Shown here: piece after piece, positions 1-10,455 of the stretch
Layout: each line of letters opens with the position of its first letter
How positions within the stretch are numbered: position 1 is the first letter of the stretch
Assembly (NCBI GenBank): GCA_965230515.1
Contig: OZ246007.1
Location: 3,476,261-3,540,260 of the forward strand
Origin: Pseudomonadales bacterium
Lineage (GTDB): Bacteria > Pseudomonadota > Gammaproteobacteria > Pseudomonadales > IMCC2047
Reading direction: 5' to 3'
DNA: 64,000 nucleotides
Position numbers and translations under genes: made by a program
Notes under the pieces: generated by a model
The model's database searches: none
The model's input: the letters and a program-made list of their open reading frames with translations, nothing else
Told to the model about the DNA's origin: nothing

Positions 1-564
1 AGTGGTACACCTGAAAGTGCGCTAAGCCAATTGGAGTCCCTGGGCTTTACAGTTCATGCCGTGCCTACGAGAGGATTGTCGGGGATTGCCGAGAATATCA
101 GAGAATTGGGTGAACTAGTAGGTGAGGTGGGACGCGCGGAAGAACAGGCAGCAGAGTTTGCCCGTCAAATCAGTCAACTAAAAAAACGTTACCATCCTCA
201 GGAAAAGCTGAGTGTATTCTACCAGATCTGGCATCAGCCGCTCATGACGATTAATGGCGAACATGCTATTGATGATGTCATTGAAGTCTGTGGTGGCGTG
301 AATCTGTTTGCGGGTTTATCCACGCTAGCTCCACAGGTGGGTTTGGAGTCAGTCATTCAGCGTAACCCCGATGTAATCCTGATCAGCTCGGGCGCTTCTA
401 TTAGTGGTGATGCGGTGCAAATGTGGAGGAAATGGAATAATATCAGCGCCGTCAAGAATGACCGGATCTATCTCATCCCCTGGGATCTGATATCTCGTCA
501 GAGTACACGGATTCTGGAGGGCGCGGTGTATATTTGTGAAGCGTTGCAAAGTGCACGTGGTTAA
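1..564 (+). CDS. btuF: Periplasmic cobalamin-binding protein, BtuF-like (5-prime end lies outside the window)
   Basis: Frame 1 is open from base 1. The C-terminal half resembles class-8 periplasmic binding proteins, with BtuF-like blocks (VFYQIWHQPLMT, EVCGGVNLF, PQV...RNPDVILI). It converges on a FecCD permease/ABC ATPase pair. Confidence 0.7.
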   Translation, partial: SGTPESALSQLESLGFTVHAVPTRGLSGIAENIRELGELVGEVGRAEEQAAEFARQISQLKKRYHPQEKLSVFYQIWHQPLMTINGEHAIDDVIEVCGGVNLFAGLSTLAPQVGLESVIQRNPDVILISSGASISGDAVQMWRKWNNISAVKNDRIYLIPWDLISRQSTRILEGAVYICEALQSARG

Positions 565-614
565 CTGCTGAGTAGGGGTTTGCACGAGAGTCTTCTAGTT
601 CGTTTTTACAGTGC

Positions 615-1385
615 TTACTCTGGATAGAAAAAGGTCTGATTACCCTGTTGTAGCTGCTTGATGGGCCAGTTGTATGCGATTTGCATGTTCTCACCGGTCA
701 ACACTTGCTCTGGCAATCCGCATATAGGGTCGCGACCGGGAACGAGCAGCATGATGTGGGTGCAAAAACGTATCGCCAGATTAATATCGTGAAGTGACAT
801 GAGCAGGCCGCCGTCACTTTCTTTAATGTGCTCTTTAAGCAGTGAAAGCAGGCGAATTTGATAGCTTAAATCCAGATGGTTAGTCGGCTCGTCCAAAAGC
901 ATGATCTTAGGGTTTTGGGTTAACAGGGTAGCAAGTTTAAGTCGCTGTTTCTCTCCACCAGAGAGCGAGTTGGTCAGCCGATTTTCAAAGCCGTTCAATC
1001 CGACGCGATGCAGCGCCGCTTTGGCAATTTGGTGATCAGTGCTGCTCTCCCAGTGCCAACTGTCGATAAACGGGTGACGGCCAATTAATGTGGTCTCCAG
1101 CACGGTTGCCGGAAAAGGCTCTCCCTGTTGCTGGAATAGAATTCCCAGTTTCTGCGCCACCTGGCGACGCGGAAGAGTTGAGAGCATCTGGTTGTTCAAT
1201 TGTATCGTTCCGCCCTGTGCTGACCGCAATCCCGCGAGCGTATGTAATAGTGTTGTTTTGCCGGCACCATTACATCCCAGAATCCCCCAGCGTTGCCCTG
1301 CGGTTATGGAGAAATCAAGTGAACGGCAGATCTGCCGGTCGGCAATCTTGATTTCAAGCTGGCTGGTGGTGAGCAGCGGATTCAT
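615..1385 (-). CDS. ABC transporter ATP-binding protein, iron-siderophore/cobalamin (BtuD/FecE) type
   Basis: Walker A GCNGAGKTT, ABC signature LSGGEKQR and Walker B IMLLDEPTNHLD are present. It lies directly downstream of a FecCD permease gene with a 3-nt gap. Confidence 0.9.
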   Translation of the reverse strand: MNPLLTTSQLEIKIADRQICRSLDFSITAGQRWGILGCNGAGKTTLLHTLAGLRSAQGGTIQLNNQMLSTLPRRQVAQKLGILFQQQGEPFPATVLETTLIGRHPFIDSWHWESSTDHQIAKAALHRVGLNGFENRLTNSLSGGEKQRLKLATLLTQNPKIMLLDEPTNHLDLSYQIRLLSLLKEHIKESDGGLLMSLHDINLAIRFCTHIMLLVPGRDPICGLPEQVLTGENMQIAYNWPIKQLQQGNQTFFYPE

Positions 1386-1388
1386 CTT

Positions 1389-2366
1389 CTAGTTGACCCT
1401 TTGCGTACGGTTAAGGATCAGCAGAAAAAGTGGTACACCGAGCAAAGCGGTTATTACACCCACAGGCAGTTGTGTGGGACTTAGAATCGAGCGTGCCAGT
1501 AGATCTGCAATGACCAGCAGCGTTCCACCCAAAAGTACAGCGGCGGGCAACAGCAGGCGGTGGTCACTGCCTATGGATAATCGTATCAGATGCGGTACGA
1601 TCAGGCCGACAAAGCCGACATTGCCAGCCATGCTGACGGCAACAGCCGTTAACAGCGAAGCAATAATAAACAACAGGCTGTGCAGTTGATCAACGGGTAC
1701 ACCCAGTGCGCTGGCCTGATCACTGCCATGCATTAGCAAATTGAGCGGTCGGGCCTGCCAGAATGTGATAAGAAATCCCACAAGGAGCACGATGGACATG
1801 CTGCTGACAGACTGCACATGGCTTAGGTCACCCATCAGCCAGAAGAGCATACCCCGCAGGTTTTGGTTTGGACTGATAGCGAGAATAAGGCTGATAAGGG
1901 CGCCCCAGCCTGCGGCAAGAACAACGCCGGTCAATAGCACCCGCATTGGAGACCAGCTACCTTTTCCCTTTGCGATATTAAACACCAGGGCCGTTGATAG
2001 CAGTGCACCAGCAAAAGCGCTGGCGGTGAGGCTGATGCCGCTAATACCAAGCAGCATCGCTAACAGCGCAGCAGTGGAGGCGCCTCCCGATACGCCCAAT
2101 ACATAGGGATCCGCGAGCGGGTTTTTCAGAATAACCTGCATCAGCGCGCCGGCTAGTGAGAGCATACCCCCAACTACAAATGCAGTTACTGCTCTAGGAA
2201 ACCGCAATTGCCAGACCAGCGTTTTGGCTAACGATTCTGATTCGCCAAACAGAGCCTGTTGTAGTTCGTTTATGCTGAGAGTGACGCTACCTATAAAGAT
2301 ACTAAGGAAGATACTTGCCAATGCCGCTATCACTAATAGAAATAAGAGGACGCTTGTTCTGGGCAT
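1389..2366 (-). CDS. FecCD-family ABC transporter permease (BtuC-like)
   Basis: Polytopic membrane protein with typical FecCD blocks (LRFPRAVTAFVVGGMLSLAGALMQ, NPLADPYVLGVSGGAS, GFVGLIVPHLIRL, LPVGVITALLGVPLFLLIL). Confidence 0.9.
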   Translation of the reverse strand: MPRTSVLLFLLVIAALASIFLSIFIGSVTLSINELQQALFGESESLAKTLVWQLRFPRAVTAFVVGGMLSLAGALMQVILKNPLADPYVLGVSGGASTAALLAMLLGISGISLTASAFAGALLSTALVFNIAKGKGSWSPMRVLLTGVVLAAGWGALISLILAISPNQNLRGMLFWLMGDLSHVQSVSSMSIVLLVGFLITFWQARPLNLLMHGSDQASALGVPVDQLHSLLFIIASLLTAVAVSMAGNVGFVGLIVPHLIRLSIGSDHRLLLPAAVLLGGTLLVIADLLARSILSPTQLPVGVITALLGVPLFLLILNRTQRVN

Positions 2367-2685
2367 GGGTAAGTAAGTTCTCTTCTACGCTTGTGAGGGG
2401 TGGTTGAAAAACAGCGCGAACCAGTACAAAGGGGCGTCGCTGCTGCGTACTTTCCTTATAGGATTGGTCCGCAAGTATACCTGAGCGGTGAACAGCAGTT
2501 AAACCCTATTTCGATGGAGTTAAATCGATCGAATTAATAGGAAACACAGCGCACTGGGGGGTTGCCGGGTGACTAGTGCGAGCGTGTAAAAAATAGTAAC
2601 TCAGTAATTGTAAGCAGGCCCTAGTGTTCAGTCTTTAGACAGGTTATTATCGCGCTCTAAATTTTGATTGAATTGGAAGAAAAAG

Positions 2686-3462
2686 ATGAATTATGAGAAT
2701 GTGATTACTGAACGCCATGGCAAGGTCGGTGTTATTCAGATGAATCGCCCTAAAGCCCTTAATGCGCTGTCATCCGGGCTAATGAAAGATGTTTCCGCGG
2801 CGCTGGAAGCCTTTGAACTGGATGAAGACATACATGCCATTATATTAACGGGGAATGAAAAGGCATTTGCTGCAGGTGCTGATATTCCAGAGATTAAGGA
2901 TCAACATTTTATCGATCTCTATACCTCCGATTTTATTAATGCTGATTGGGAAGGTATTGCCAAGTGTAAAAAACCCATTATTGCAGCAGTGGCGGGGTTT
3001 GCGCTTGGGGGTGGGTGTGAAATTGCAATGATGTGTGATTTTATTATTGCCGCTGACAACGCGAAATTTGGGCAACCGGAAATCAAATTAGGTGTTATTC
3101 CCGGGGCCGGAGGAACACAAAGACTGGCACGTTTTATCGGTAAGTCAAAAACAATGGATCTTTGTCTGACCGGACGAATGATGGGTGCTGAGGAGGCAGA
3201 AAATTGCGGACTGGTTTCCCGAATTGTTCCGGTAGAGAAACTGATGGAAGAAACGATAGAGATTGCTTCGGGTATTGCAACCTACTCTCAGCCAACGGTT
3301 AAGCTGGCAAAAGAGGTGATCAATAAGGCCTATGAGACAACGCTTCGTGAAGGTGTGAAATATGAGCGGCGTATTTTCCAGGCACTGTTTTCCACAGAAG
3401 ACCAAAAAGAGGGTATGAACGCCTTTGTAGATAAGCGTAAACCGGATTTTCAAAACAAGTAG
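2686..3462 (+). CDS. Enoyl-CoA hydratase (crotonase family)
   Basis: Crotonase blocks [35 protein letters not shown] and [14 protein letters not shown]. The ATG at 2686 (MNYEN...) is preferred over the TTG at 2668. Confidence 0.9.
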   Translation: MNYENVITERHGKVGVIQMNRPKALNALSSGLMKDVSAALEAFELDEDIHAIILTGNEKAFAAGADIPEIKDQHFIDLYTSDFINADWEGIAKCKKPIIAAVAGFALGGGCEIAMMCDFIIAADNAKFGQPEIKLGVIPGAGGTQRLARFIGKSKTMDLCLTGRMMGAEEAENCGLVSRIVPVEKLMEETIEIASGIATYSQPTVKLAKEVINKAYETTLREGVKYERRIFQALFSTEDQKEGMNAFVDKRKPDFQNK

Positions 3463-3475
3463 GAACGGGTTGTTA

Positions 3476-4354
3476 ATGACGGAAATTATTGACGGAAAAG
3501 CCTTTGCTGAAAAATTGCGAGCTCGAATCAAACAGCAAACGGCTCAGCTGGCAGAGCAGGAACAAATTACGCCGGGTTTAGCGGTGGTGCTGGTTGGAGA
3601 GGATCCCGCAAGTCAGGTTTATGTGCGCAACAAGGGCAAACAGGCCAAAGAGGTCGGGTTTAACTCTTATGAGCATAAACTAGCGGATGATACCAGTGAA
3701 CAGGATTTATTAGCCCTGCTGGACCGGCTGAATCAGGATGACCAGGTGCATGGTATTCTGGTTCAATTGCCACTGCCGCAACATATATCCGAACAAAAGG
3801 TCATTGACCGTATTAATCCGGAAAAAGATGTTGATGGCTTCCATATTAGCAATGTGGGTAAACTGGCGACCGGACTGGAGGGGTTTGTACCCTGTACACC
3901 CTTGGGTTGCAGCATGTTGCTCAAGGATCGGTTGGGTGATTTGAGTGGCTTGAGCGCTGTGGTCGTTGGTCGCTCAAATATAGTCGGAAAGCCAATGGCC
4001 GCTTTACTGCTAAAGGAAAGCTGTACAGTCACAATTGCCCACTCGCGCACCAAAAATCTTGAACAGGTCTGTCGAGAGGCAGATATCCTGATCGCTGCGG
4101 TTGGTCGTCCACAGATGATTAAAGGAGACTGGGTCAAGCCCGGCGCAACGGTCATTGATGTGGGGATTAATCGCATCGAGGGTGAGCAGGGCAAGTCAAG
4201 ACTGGTAGGCGATGTTGACTTTGATTCGGTTAAATCAATAGCCGGTGCCATTACGCCTGTGCCAGGAGGGGTAGGTCCCATGACCATAGCATGCCTGTTA
4301 TACAACACGTTGGTGGCGGCGCACCGTATTAACGGATTGGAGTTTAAGGGTTAG
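3476..4354 (+). CDS. folD: Bifunctional methylenetetrahydrofolate dehydrogenase/methenyl-THF cyclohydrolase
   Basis: FolD signature blocks: [66 protein letters not shown]. Confidence 0.95.
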   Translation: MTEIIDGKAFAEKLRARIKQQTAQLAEQEQITPGLAVVLVGEDPASQVYVRNKGKQAKEVGFNSYEHKLADDTSEQDLLALLDRLNQDDQVHGILVQLPLPQHISEQKVIDRINPEKDVDGFHISNVGKLATGLEGFVPCTPLGCSMLLKDRLGDLSGLSAVVVGRSNIVGKPMAALLLKESCTVTIAHSRTKNLEQVCREADILIAAVGRPQMIKGDWVKPGATVIDVGINRIEGEQGKSRLVGDVDFDSVKSIAGAITPVPGGVGPMTIACLLYNTLVAAHRINGLEFKG

Positions 4355-4409
4355 TTTGTTGCTCTTTCGATCTGCGGGTGATTCAGAGGTTCCTTAGTTC
4401 ATCCGCTGA

Positions 4410-5246
4410 TCAGGCAAGCATCGATAGCGCGGCCTGCATGTTTTCGGACAGATCTTCCTCTTCCTCATCCTCCTGCGAGGGATCCAGACCCAGCTTGGAA
4501 AATGCCGGAATTGTATCCCAATCAATTTGAGTACAGGGGTGATTTGTACCCACATAAGATTGTAGGTTGGCGACCATTACGATATCCACATAATCGACCT
4601 TTTCACTATCCCTTTCAAAATCAAGGTACTCTGCCGGCACCCGGCTGAGTTCATCATTAAAGTCCCAGGCCTTAAGGATCATTTCGCCGAGCTTTGGATG
4701 CAGTTTTTCAGTAATTTCATCCAGGGTAAACCCGTCACACAGCAAATGGTCGTTATCTTCCGCAAATTTGAGAATCGGTAATACACCGATTTTGTGGGTT
4801 AATCCGGCGAGGGTTGCCTGTCCTGGTGAGAGGCGGGTGTAGTTTTGAGCAAGAACGTGGGATATTCCAGCAACCTCGGTATTACGTGACCATAAATCCC
4901 GCATGCGCGAATCAATTATATCTGAGGTGGCCTGAAACATCTGCTTCATGGCCAGACCGGTTGCCAGATCAGCACTATAGGACATACCCAAGCGGTTAAT
5001 GGCCATTTTTAAACTGTCAACAGGCTGGCTTGCTCTCAGCAACGGGCTGTTGCATATTTTAATCACCCGGGCGGAAATGGCGGTGTCGCTGCTGATGATG
5101 TCGGACAGATCGACAATTGAGGAGTTGGCGTCCTGTGCCACTTCCCTGATCCTCAGAGCAACTTCCGGTAGCGTCGGGAGCACTAATTTGTCAGTTTCAA
5201 TAGCTGTGACAATTTGGTTTTCAACCGTTTCCAATAAGTTTGACAT
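4410..5246 (-). CDS. HDOD domain signalling protein
   Basis: N-terminal LPTLPEVALRIREV....DLSDIISSDTAISARVIKICNSPLL is the typical HDOD opening. The 278-aa size fits stand-alone HDOD proteins. Confidence 0.8.
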   Translation of the reverse strand: MSNLLETVENQIVTAIETDKLVLPTLPEVALRIREVAQDANSSIVDLSDIISSDTAISARVIKICNSPLLRASQPVDSLKMAINRLGMSYSADLATGLAMKQMFQATSDIIDSRMRDLWSRNTEVAGISHVLAQNYTRLSPGQATLAGLTHKIGVLPILKFAEDNDHLLCDGFTLDEITEKLHPKLGEMILKAWDFNDELSRVPAEYLDFERDSEKVDYVDIVMVANLQSYVGTNHPCTQIDWDTIPAFSKLGLDPSQEDEEEEDLSENMQAALSMLA

Positions 5247-5357
5247 AGTATATTTTGCGCTTTGCCTGGGGCCCTGATTAAGTTCAAATTAAGTATAGAT
5301 CGCTTTCATAAAAAAGCGGTATAAATTACTACAAATTTGAACAAACTTTTTAACCCG

Positions 5358-6431
5358 CTACTCCTGTGATTCGGCGCAATGGTAGGGTAAAGGTAACAAT
5401 TGCGCATTAAAGCAGGTTTGCTCAGTGCATAACTCCCATTGATCGTTGTTCGCCAGATCCGCCAACACCACCATTAGCACTTCCTGGCGGCCATCAGGCA
5501 AGCGCGCCTTCTCAACCAATGTTGCTATATGCTGACTTTCCCCAGGACGCGTAAACTCCATGCCCGTATTTAATTCGGGCCCACTTTCCGCAATGGCACG
5601 AACCATCAGGCGCTTTGCCTTGCCGCGGTACTGCGTTCTCGCCACTATCTCCTGACCGGTATAGCAGCCTTTATCGAAACTAATAGCGTCCACTGCCTGG
5701 AAATTCAACATTTGCGGTATAAAGGCCTCGCAGTTAACCTGGGTAATTTCCGCAATTCCGTTTTCTATATCCTGTAGCAGCCAGTTGTTGGTGCCGGCAG
5801 GTATGGCTGCCTGTGACAGTTTTTGCCAAGCCATCTGCGCCTGCTCCGTGACCATCCAGCACTCATAGCGGACAATTTCACCAGGCGCGCGGATAAGCAA
5901 TCCGGAATCGTTCTGCACAACCTGATTAACAGTTTGTGGTAATGCGCCGAACAGCTCCTTTAATTGGCTGTCACACTGATCGCCAATAATTCCGATGCCT
6001 GCCCATTGATCACTTATGTCCGCCATCTCGGACTTGAAGAAAACGATATACTTACCCAAGGTTGTCAAAGTCGAACTAATAATATCGTCACGCATTCTCA
6101 TCAGGTATTGGGTTGAATCCTGTTGTGCCCGCTCGATCAACCGAAAGCTGGAATAGACTCTACCGCCAGGTGTGCATGCCGCACCCAGTTGGCTATGCTC
6201 GGGTTTTATCAGGTTGAGGTCGCAGGTAAGCTGGCCTTGTAAGAACTTTTCACTGTCCGGCCCGCTGCAACTGAGCAGATTTATGTGCACCAGCGGACAG
6301 ATGCAGTTGAACCCGTCTTGCTGGTCTTTCGCGGAACTGCCCGAAAAACCCGTAATGAATTTTGAACCTTTTGCAGATGAAAATTCAGCTCCGACAGAAA
6401 CCAGATAGTTATTCCAAAGATCGTTCGACAT
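5358..6431 (-). CDS. ygfZ: Folate-binding tRNA-modification/Fe-S repair protein YgfZ
   Basis: The YgfZ signature KGCYTGQEIVARTQYRG is present. It is divergent from sdhE (ygfY), the conserved arrangement. Confidence 0.85.
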   Translation of the reverse strand: MSNDLWNNYLVSVGAEFSSAKGSKFITGFSGSSAKDQQDGFNCICPLVHINLLSCSGPDSEKFLQGQLTCDLNLIKPEHSQLGAACTPGGRVYSSFRLIERAQQDSTQYLMRMRDDIISSTLTTLGKYIVFFKSEMADISDQWAGIGIIGDQCDSQLKELFGALPQTVNQVVQNDSGLLIRAPGEIVRYECWMVTEQAQMAWQKLSQAAIPAGTNNWLLQDIENGIAEITQVNCEAFIPQMLNFQAVDAISFDKGCYTGQEIVARTQYRGKAKRLMVRAIAESGPELNTGMEFTRPGESQHIATLVEKARLPDGRQEVLMVVLADLANNDQWELCTEQTCFNAQLLPLPYHCAESQE

Positions 6432-6513
6432 AAAGAGTACTCACAACAATACGCACTGATTAAATTTATATATAATCAGTCTACCAAATTTCAATCCGCT
6501 AGAAGACAATTAA

Positions 6514-6774
6514 ATGAGTGATAATCTACATCAAAAGCGCCTTTACTGGCATAGTCGTCGGGGAATGTTAGAGCTCGATCTGATCCTTGTCCCTTTTTTT
6601 GAGAGCTGTTTTGAAGATCTTGCGGAGCAGGACAAGCTGGCCTATGAGCGATTGATTGCGGAAGAGGATCAGGACTTGTTTAAATGGCTGTTGGGACGGG
6701 AACTCCCCGAGGATGAGAGTCTCAGGGATATAGTATCCCGGATAATTACTCATGCAAAAACACCAAAAGATTGA
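6514..6774 (+). CDS. sdhE: FAD assembly factor SdhE (YgfY/CptB)
   Basis: 86 aa with the SdhE RGMLELD (RGxxE) motif and a WHSRRGMLELDLILVPFFE block. Confidence 0.85.
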   Translation: MSDNLHQKRLYWHSRRGMLELDLILVPFFESCFEDLAEQDKLAYERLIAEEDQDLFKWLLGRELPEDESLRDIVSRIITHAKTPKD

Positions 6775-7171
6775 AGTCAAACAGTCTGCACGATTAACAG
6801 TCTTTTTAGCAGGACTTCACGGGGTCGCTGCCTTAGGGGTAATGCAGCTTCCCTTGCAAACCTGGAGCTATCTTTGCGCTATGGGTGTGTTGATTATCGT
6901 TGCGATATTCCATGGCTGCATCTATCTGGGCAAAAAACGAGTCACCGCTTTTCGAATCGTGGGTGAAAAAATACAGATATTTCAATCCGGTCGTATGCGT
7001 GAGATGCCTCTGGCAAACAGGCATTTTGAATCAGCCTATCTGATTTTGCTGGGTTTCAGGTCACGGTGCTTTGGGCTCGGCAGCGGTTTGGCGTTGTTTC
7101 CTGATGCGCTGGATAAGGACCAATACCGGCAATTACGCGCCCGGTTGCGTTTTCCTGTTGAACCGCATTAG
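6752..7171 (+). CDS. ygfX: YgfX/CptA-like inner-membrane protein
   Basis: 139 aa with two predicted TM helices. It sits immediately after sdhE and overlaps it by 23 nt, as in the enterobacterial ygfY-ygfX pair. The C-terminal DxxQYRQLRARLRF-type tail is typical of the family. Confidence 0.6.
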   Translation: MQKHQKIEVKQSARLTVFLAGLHGVAALGVMQLPLQTWSYLCAMGVLIIVAIFHGCIYLGKKRVTAFRIVGEKIQIFQSGRMREMPLANRHFESAYLILLGFRSRCFGLGSGLALFPDALDKDQYRQLRARLRFPVEPH

Positions 7172-7183
7172 TGGTCTTGGCTG

Positions 7184-8794
7184 TTAGCGGTTTGAATAGT
7201 TGGGTGGTTTCAGGATGGTTGCTTTCGACCGGGTATTCGTTTGTGGGTAGTCCAGCGTATAGTGCAGTCCACGGCTCTCTTTGCGATTCAACGCTGATTC
7301 AATAATTAGATCGGCAACCACCACCAGGTTGCGAAGCTCCACCAGATCATTGCTCACTTTATAGTTGCTGTAGTATTCGGATATCTCCTGGCTTAACAGG
7401 CTGACTCTGTGTTTGGCGCGTTGCAGTCGTTTATCGGTGCGTACAATGCCAACATAGTCCCACATAAACCGGCGCAACTCGTCCCAGTTATGGGATATCA
7501 CCACATCTTCGTCGGAATCCGTAACCTGACTTTCATCCCATTCAGGGACTGTCGGTGGTTCCGGGACTTGGTCCAGCTGGCTTATTATATGCTCGGCAGC
7601 AGTGCCGGCAAAGACGAAACATTCAAGCAATGAGTTGCTGGCAAGCCGGTTGGCTCCGTGGAAACCGGTATAAGCCGTTTCACCGATTGCGTACAGATTT
7701 TTGACATCTGTACAGCCATTAAGATCAGTCATCACACCACCGCAGGTGTAATGTGCGGCGGGTACGATCGGGATCGGTTGTTTGGTCAGATCAAAGCCAA
7801 AAGCCAGGCAGCGCTCGTAAATTGTCGGAAAGTGGCTGATGATAAATTCTCTGGGTTTATGGCTGATGTCCAGGAAAAGACTGTCGCAACCCAGTCGCTT
7901 CATTTCATGATCGATTGCGCGCGCGACAATATCTCGTGGAGCCAGCTCGCCACGAGAATCAAATTCGGGCATAAAACGGGTGCCATCCGGCAGCAGAAGT
8001 CTAGCTCCCTCGCCGCGCAGGGCTTCACTAATTAAAAAAGATTTTGCATGAGGGTGGTACAGGCAGGTGGGGTGGAACTGGTTAAACTCCAGATTGGCAG
8101 TTCGGCAACCAGCGCGCCATGCCATTGCGATACCGTCGCCACAGGCGCCGTCCGGATTGCTGGTGTAGAGGTATACCTTGCTTGCCCCCCCCGATGCCAA
8201 AACCACAAATCTTGCTCTGAACAGTTCAACATGTTCTGTCGCGCAATTGAGCACATAGGCGCCGAAACAACCTTTGCCGGGTAAGCCTAATTTTTCCCTG
8301 GTGATTAAGTCGATCGCTGTGCGTTGTTCAAATATCTCTATGTTGGAATTTGCCTGTGCTTTACTGACAAGCGTGTCTGAAATCGCGCGCCCGGTCGCAT
8401 CGGCCTGATGAATGATGCGTCGATGGCTGTGACCGCCCTCTTTGGTGAGGTGGTATTCGGATTGGGTGTGGTTGTCGTCACTGCCGGTAAATGGTACACC
8501 CTGATTGATTAGCCATTCGATACTTGAACGGCTTCTTTCAATGGTAAATCTTACCGCCTCTTCTTCGCACAGGCCGGCCCCGGCTGTCAACGTGTCCCGC
8601 ACATGTGCATCGACGGTATCAGAGGAATCGAGCACCGCGGCAACTCCGCCCTGTGCGTAGTAGGTTGAGCCACCACTGACCTGATCCTTGCAGAGTAGTG
8701 CAACTTTAAGGTGGTCGGCTAACTTGAGGGCCAGCGACAGACCAGCTGCACCGCTTCCGATCACAAGAACATCATGCTTGAATATTGGGTTCAT
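7184..8794 (-). CDS. nadB: L-aspartate oxidase
   Basis: FAD fingerprint [16 protein letters not shown] plus NadB/fumarate-reductase blocks ([44 protein letters not shown]). It is divergent from rpoE, as in E. coli and Pseudomonas. Confidence 0.95.
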   Translation of the reverse strand: MNPIFKHDVLVIGSGAAGLSLALKLADHLKVALLCKDQVSGGSTYYAQGGVAAVLDSSDTVDAHVRDTLTAGAGLCEEEAVRFTIERSRSSIEWLINQGVPFTGSDDNHTQSEYHLTKEGGHSHRRIIHQADATGRAISDTLVSKAQANSNIEIFEQRTAIDLITREKLGLPGKGCFGAYVLNCATEHVELFRARFVVLASGGASKVYLYTSNPDGACGDGIAMAWRAGCRTANLEFNQFHPTCLYHPHAKSFLISEALRGEGARLLLPDGTRFMPEFDSRGELAPRDIVARAIDHEMKRLGCDSLFLDISHKPREFIISHFPTIYERCLAFGFDLTKQPIPIVPAAHYTCGGVMTDLNGCTDVKNLYAIGETAYTGFHGANRLASNSLLECFVFAGTAAEHIISQLDQVPEPPTVPEWDESQVTDSDEDVVISHNWDELRRFMWDYVGIVRTDKRLQRAKHRVSLLSQEISEYYSNYKVSNDLVELRNLVVVADLIIESALNRKESRGLHYTLDYPQTNTRSKATILKPPNYSNR

Positions 8795-9147
8795 ATATCA
8801 ACTAACTGGAATAGCTACCATGCACTACAACCAGCGTATAATACTGCTAGGCTGAATGATCAGCTATGGTTTTCGTCACAAAAGCGAAATTATTTTCGTT
8901 GATTCTAACGGCTCATCATTAGGCTTCCAGGAACCGGTTTTGTCCATTTGGCCCCTAAAAGCTGTGCTGTTGTTTGGTTATAACGGAGTGACAAAAAATA
9001 AGATTGCACTATAATGGATTCTCGCTGTCATACAGACGGCCCAATAATAATCAATGAGATAATCTTGGAAATAAAGACTGAAATTCAAGAGGTTGGGCGA
9101 TTTGGGGCTAAAGTTGCACTTTTTTTGTGGTTTTTACGATTAGTAAA

Positions 9148-9174
9148 GAACTTCTGGGGAATCCAATGGTCTAC
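9148..9174 (+). promoter_or_regulatory. Candidate sigma-E (RpoE/AlgU)-dependent autoregulatory promoter
   Basis: GAACTT (9148-9153), a 16-nt spacer, then TCTAC (9170-9174), about 75 nt upstream of the rpoE ATG. This matches the GAACTT-N16-TCTnA sigma-E consensus. Confidence 0.5.
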
Positions 9175-9248
9175 CTACCGAGATCTTACACACCCGTATC
9201 TATCTCTCTCGATATTGCGAGTTAAGGGCGAAGGGAATCGGAGCGCAA

Positions 9249-9830
9249 ATGGTTAGGGAGCAAGAGACCGATCAACAGTTAGTTGAGCGGGTCCAAAAGG
9301 GTGATAAGCGTGCGTTTGATCTATTGGTTTTAAAGTATCAGCATAAAATTGCAGGGCTTATAAGTCGCTATATTCATGATAGTCACGAAGTACTGGATGT
9401 TTCTCAGGAGGCCTTTATTAAGGCATATCGGGCGATTGGTCGCTTTCGGGGAGACAGTGCTTTCTATACATGGCTTTATCGTATTGCCATTAATACGGCT
9501 AAAAACCATTTGGTATCCAAAAGCCGCCGGCCGCCAGATACGGACGTCGAGGTGGGTGATGCCGAGTATTTTGAGAGTTCAGCGAAGTTAAGAGATATTG
9601 ATTCTCCGGAGCAGGAGATGTATAAGGCTGAACTGGAGCAGACAGTCTTTCGAGCTATTGAGCAGCTACCGGAAGATTTGAGGACAGCAGTTACATTGCG
9701 AGAGTTTGACGCAATGAGCTATGAAGAGATTGCAGAGGTAATGCAATGCCCGGTGGGCACTGTGAGGTCACGAATTTTTCGGGCCAGGGAAGCGATTGAC
9801 AAGCAAATTAGTAATCTGATTGACCAATAA
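9249..9830 (+). CDS. rpoE: ECF sigma factor RpoE (sigma-24/AlgU)
   Basis: Near-canonical RpoE sequence (DQQLVERVQKGDKRAFDLLVLKYQHK, FYTWLYRIAINTAKN, CPVGTVRSRIFRAREAI), followed by rseABC. Confidence 0.95.
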   Translation: MVREQETDQQLVERVQKGDKRAFDLLVLKYQHKIAGLISRYIHDSHEVLDVSQEAFIKAYRAIGRFRGDSAFYTWLYRIAINTAKNHLVSKSRRPPDTDVEVGDAEYFESSAKLRDIDSPEQEMYKAELEQTVFRAIEQLPEDLRTAVTLREFDAMSYEEIAEVMQCPVGTVRSRIFRAREAIDKQISNLIDQ

Positions 9831-9864
9831 CATTAAAAATTAGGTATAACAGAGGTATACACTG

Positions 9865-10455
9865 ATGACAGACAATCTGCGCGAATCTATCTCGGCTTTA
9901 ATGGATGACGAAGCCAGTGAGCTGGAAATTCATCGTCTGCTTTCAAACAAAGAGAGCGATGGTGAAGTGCGTAACACCTGGAAAAGATATCAGTTGGCCA
10001 GTTTTGCTATGAAGGGGCAGTTGCCCAAACATATCGACGTTGATATCAGTCAGCGGGTTGCTGAGGCCATTGCCGAAGAAACGCTTGCTCCCGAGGCTTT
10101 GCCGGTAGCCAGCAATTCAGGTTGGCGAAAAGTTGCCAGGCCTGTCACAAGTATGGCGGTTGCCGCATCAGTTGCATTTCTGGTGGTGTTCGGTACGCTA
10201 CAGATTAATCAACCGAACTCTGGTCCAGTCGCTATGGACCTGGCGCAAGGGTCTTCTAGTTCAGGTGATATGAAACAACTGGCATCAGCCGCCGATACCA
10301 ATGCGTTAGCGGTGGGTGCTGATTCGATGACTCCCGCGCAGAAGAAGTTGCGCGCACTGATAGACAGTCATACGCAGCAGGCTGATATATCGAGGGGAAG
10401 GGCGTTTATGCCTTACGCCCAGCTTGTCAGTGATGGTGATTCGCAAAGGTACTGA
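9865..10455 (+). CDS. rseA: Anti-sigma-E factor RseA/MucA
   Basis: N-terminal ESISALMDDEASELE..., a central TM segment, and the position directly after rpoE. Confidence 0.85.
   Translation: MTDNLRESISALMDDEASELEIHRLLSNKESDGEVRNTWKRYQLASFAMKGQLPKHIDVDISQRVAEAIAEETLAPEALPVASNSGWRKVARPVTSMAVAASVAFLVVFGTLQINQPNSGPVAMDLAQGSSSSGDMKQLASAADTNALAVGADSMTPAQKKLRALIDSHTQQADISRGRAFMPYAQLVSDGDSQRY

Noticed and set aside
3763-4308. A 181-aa ORF antisense to folD.
   Set aside because: It is a shadow ORF inside a canonical folD gene. It is Pro/Ser/Thr-rich and I recognise no family.
9014-9256. An 80-aa ORF in the nadB-rpoE intergenic region.
   Set aside because: It lies across the expected rpoE promoter region, including the GAACTT-N16-TCTAC site. 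It has no Shine-Dalgarno sequence or family resemblance, and its end overlaps the rpoE start. It is most likely a chance ORF in AT-rich regulatory DNA.
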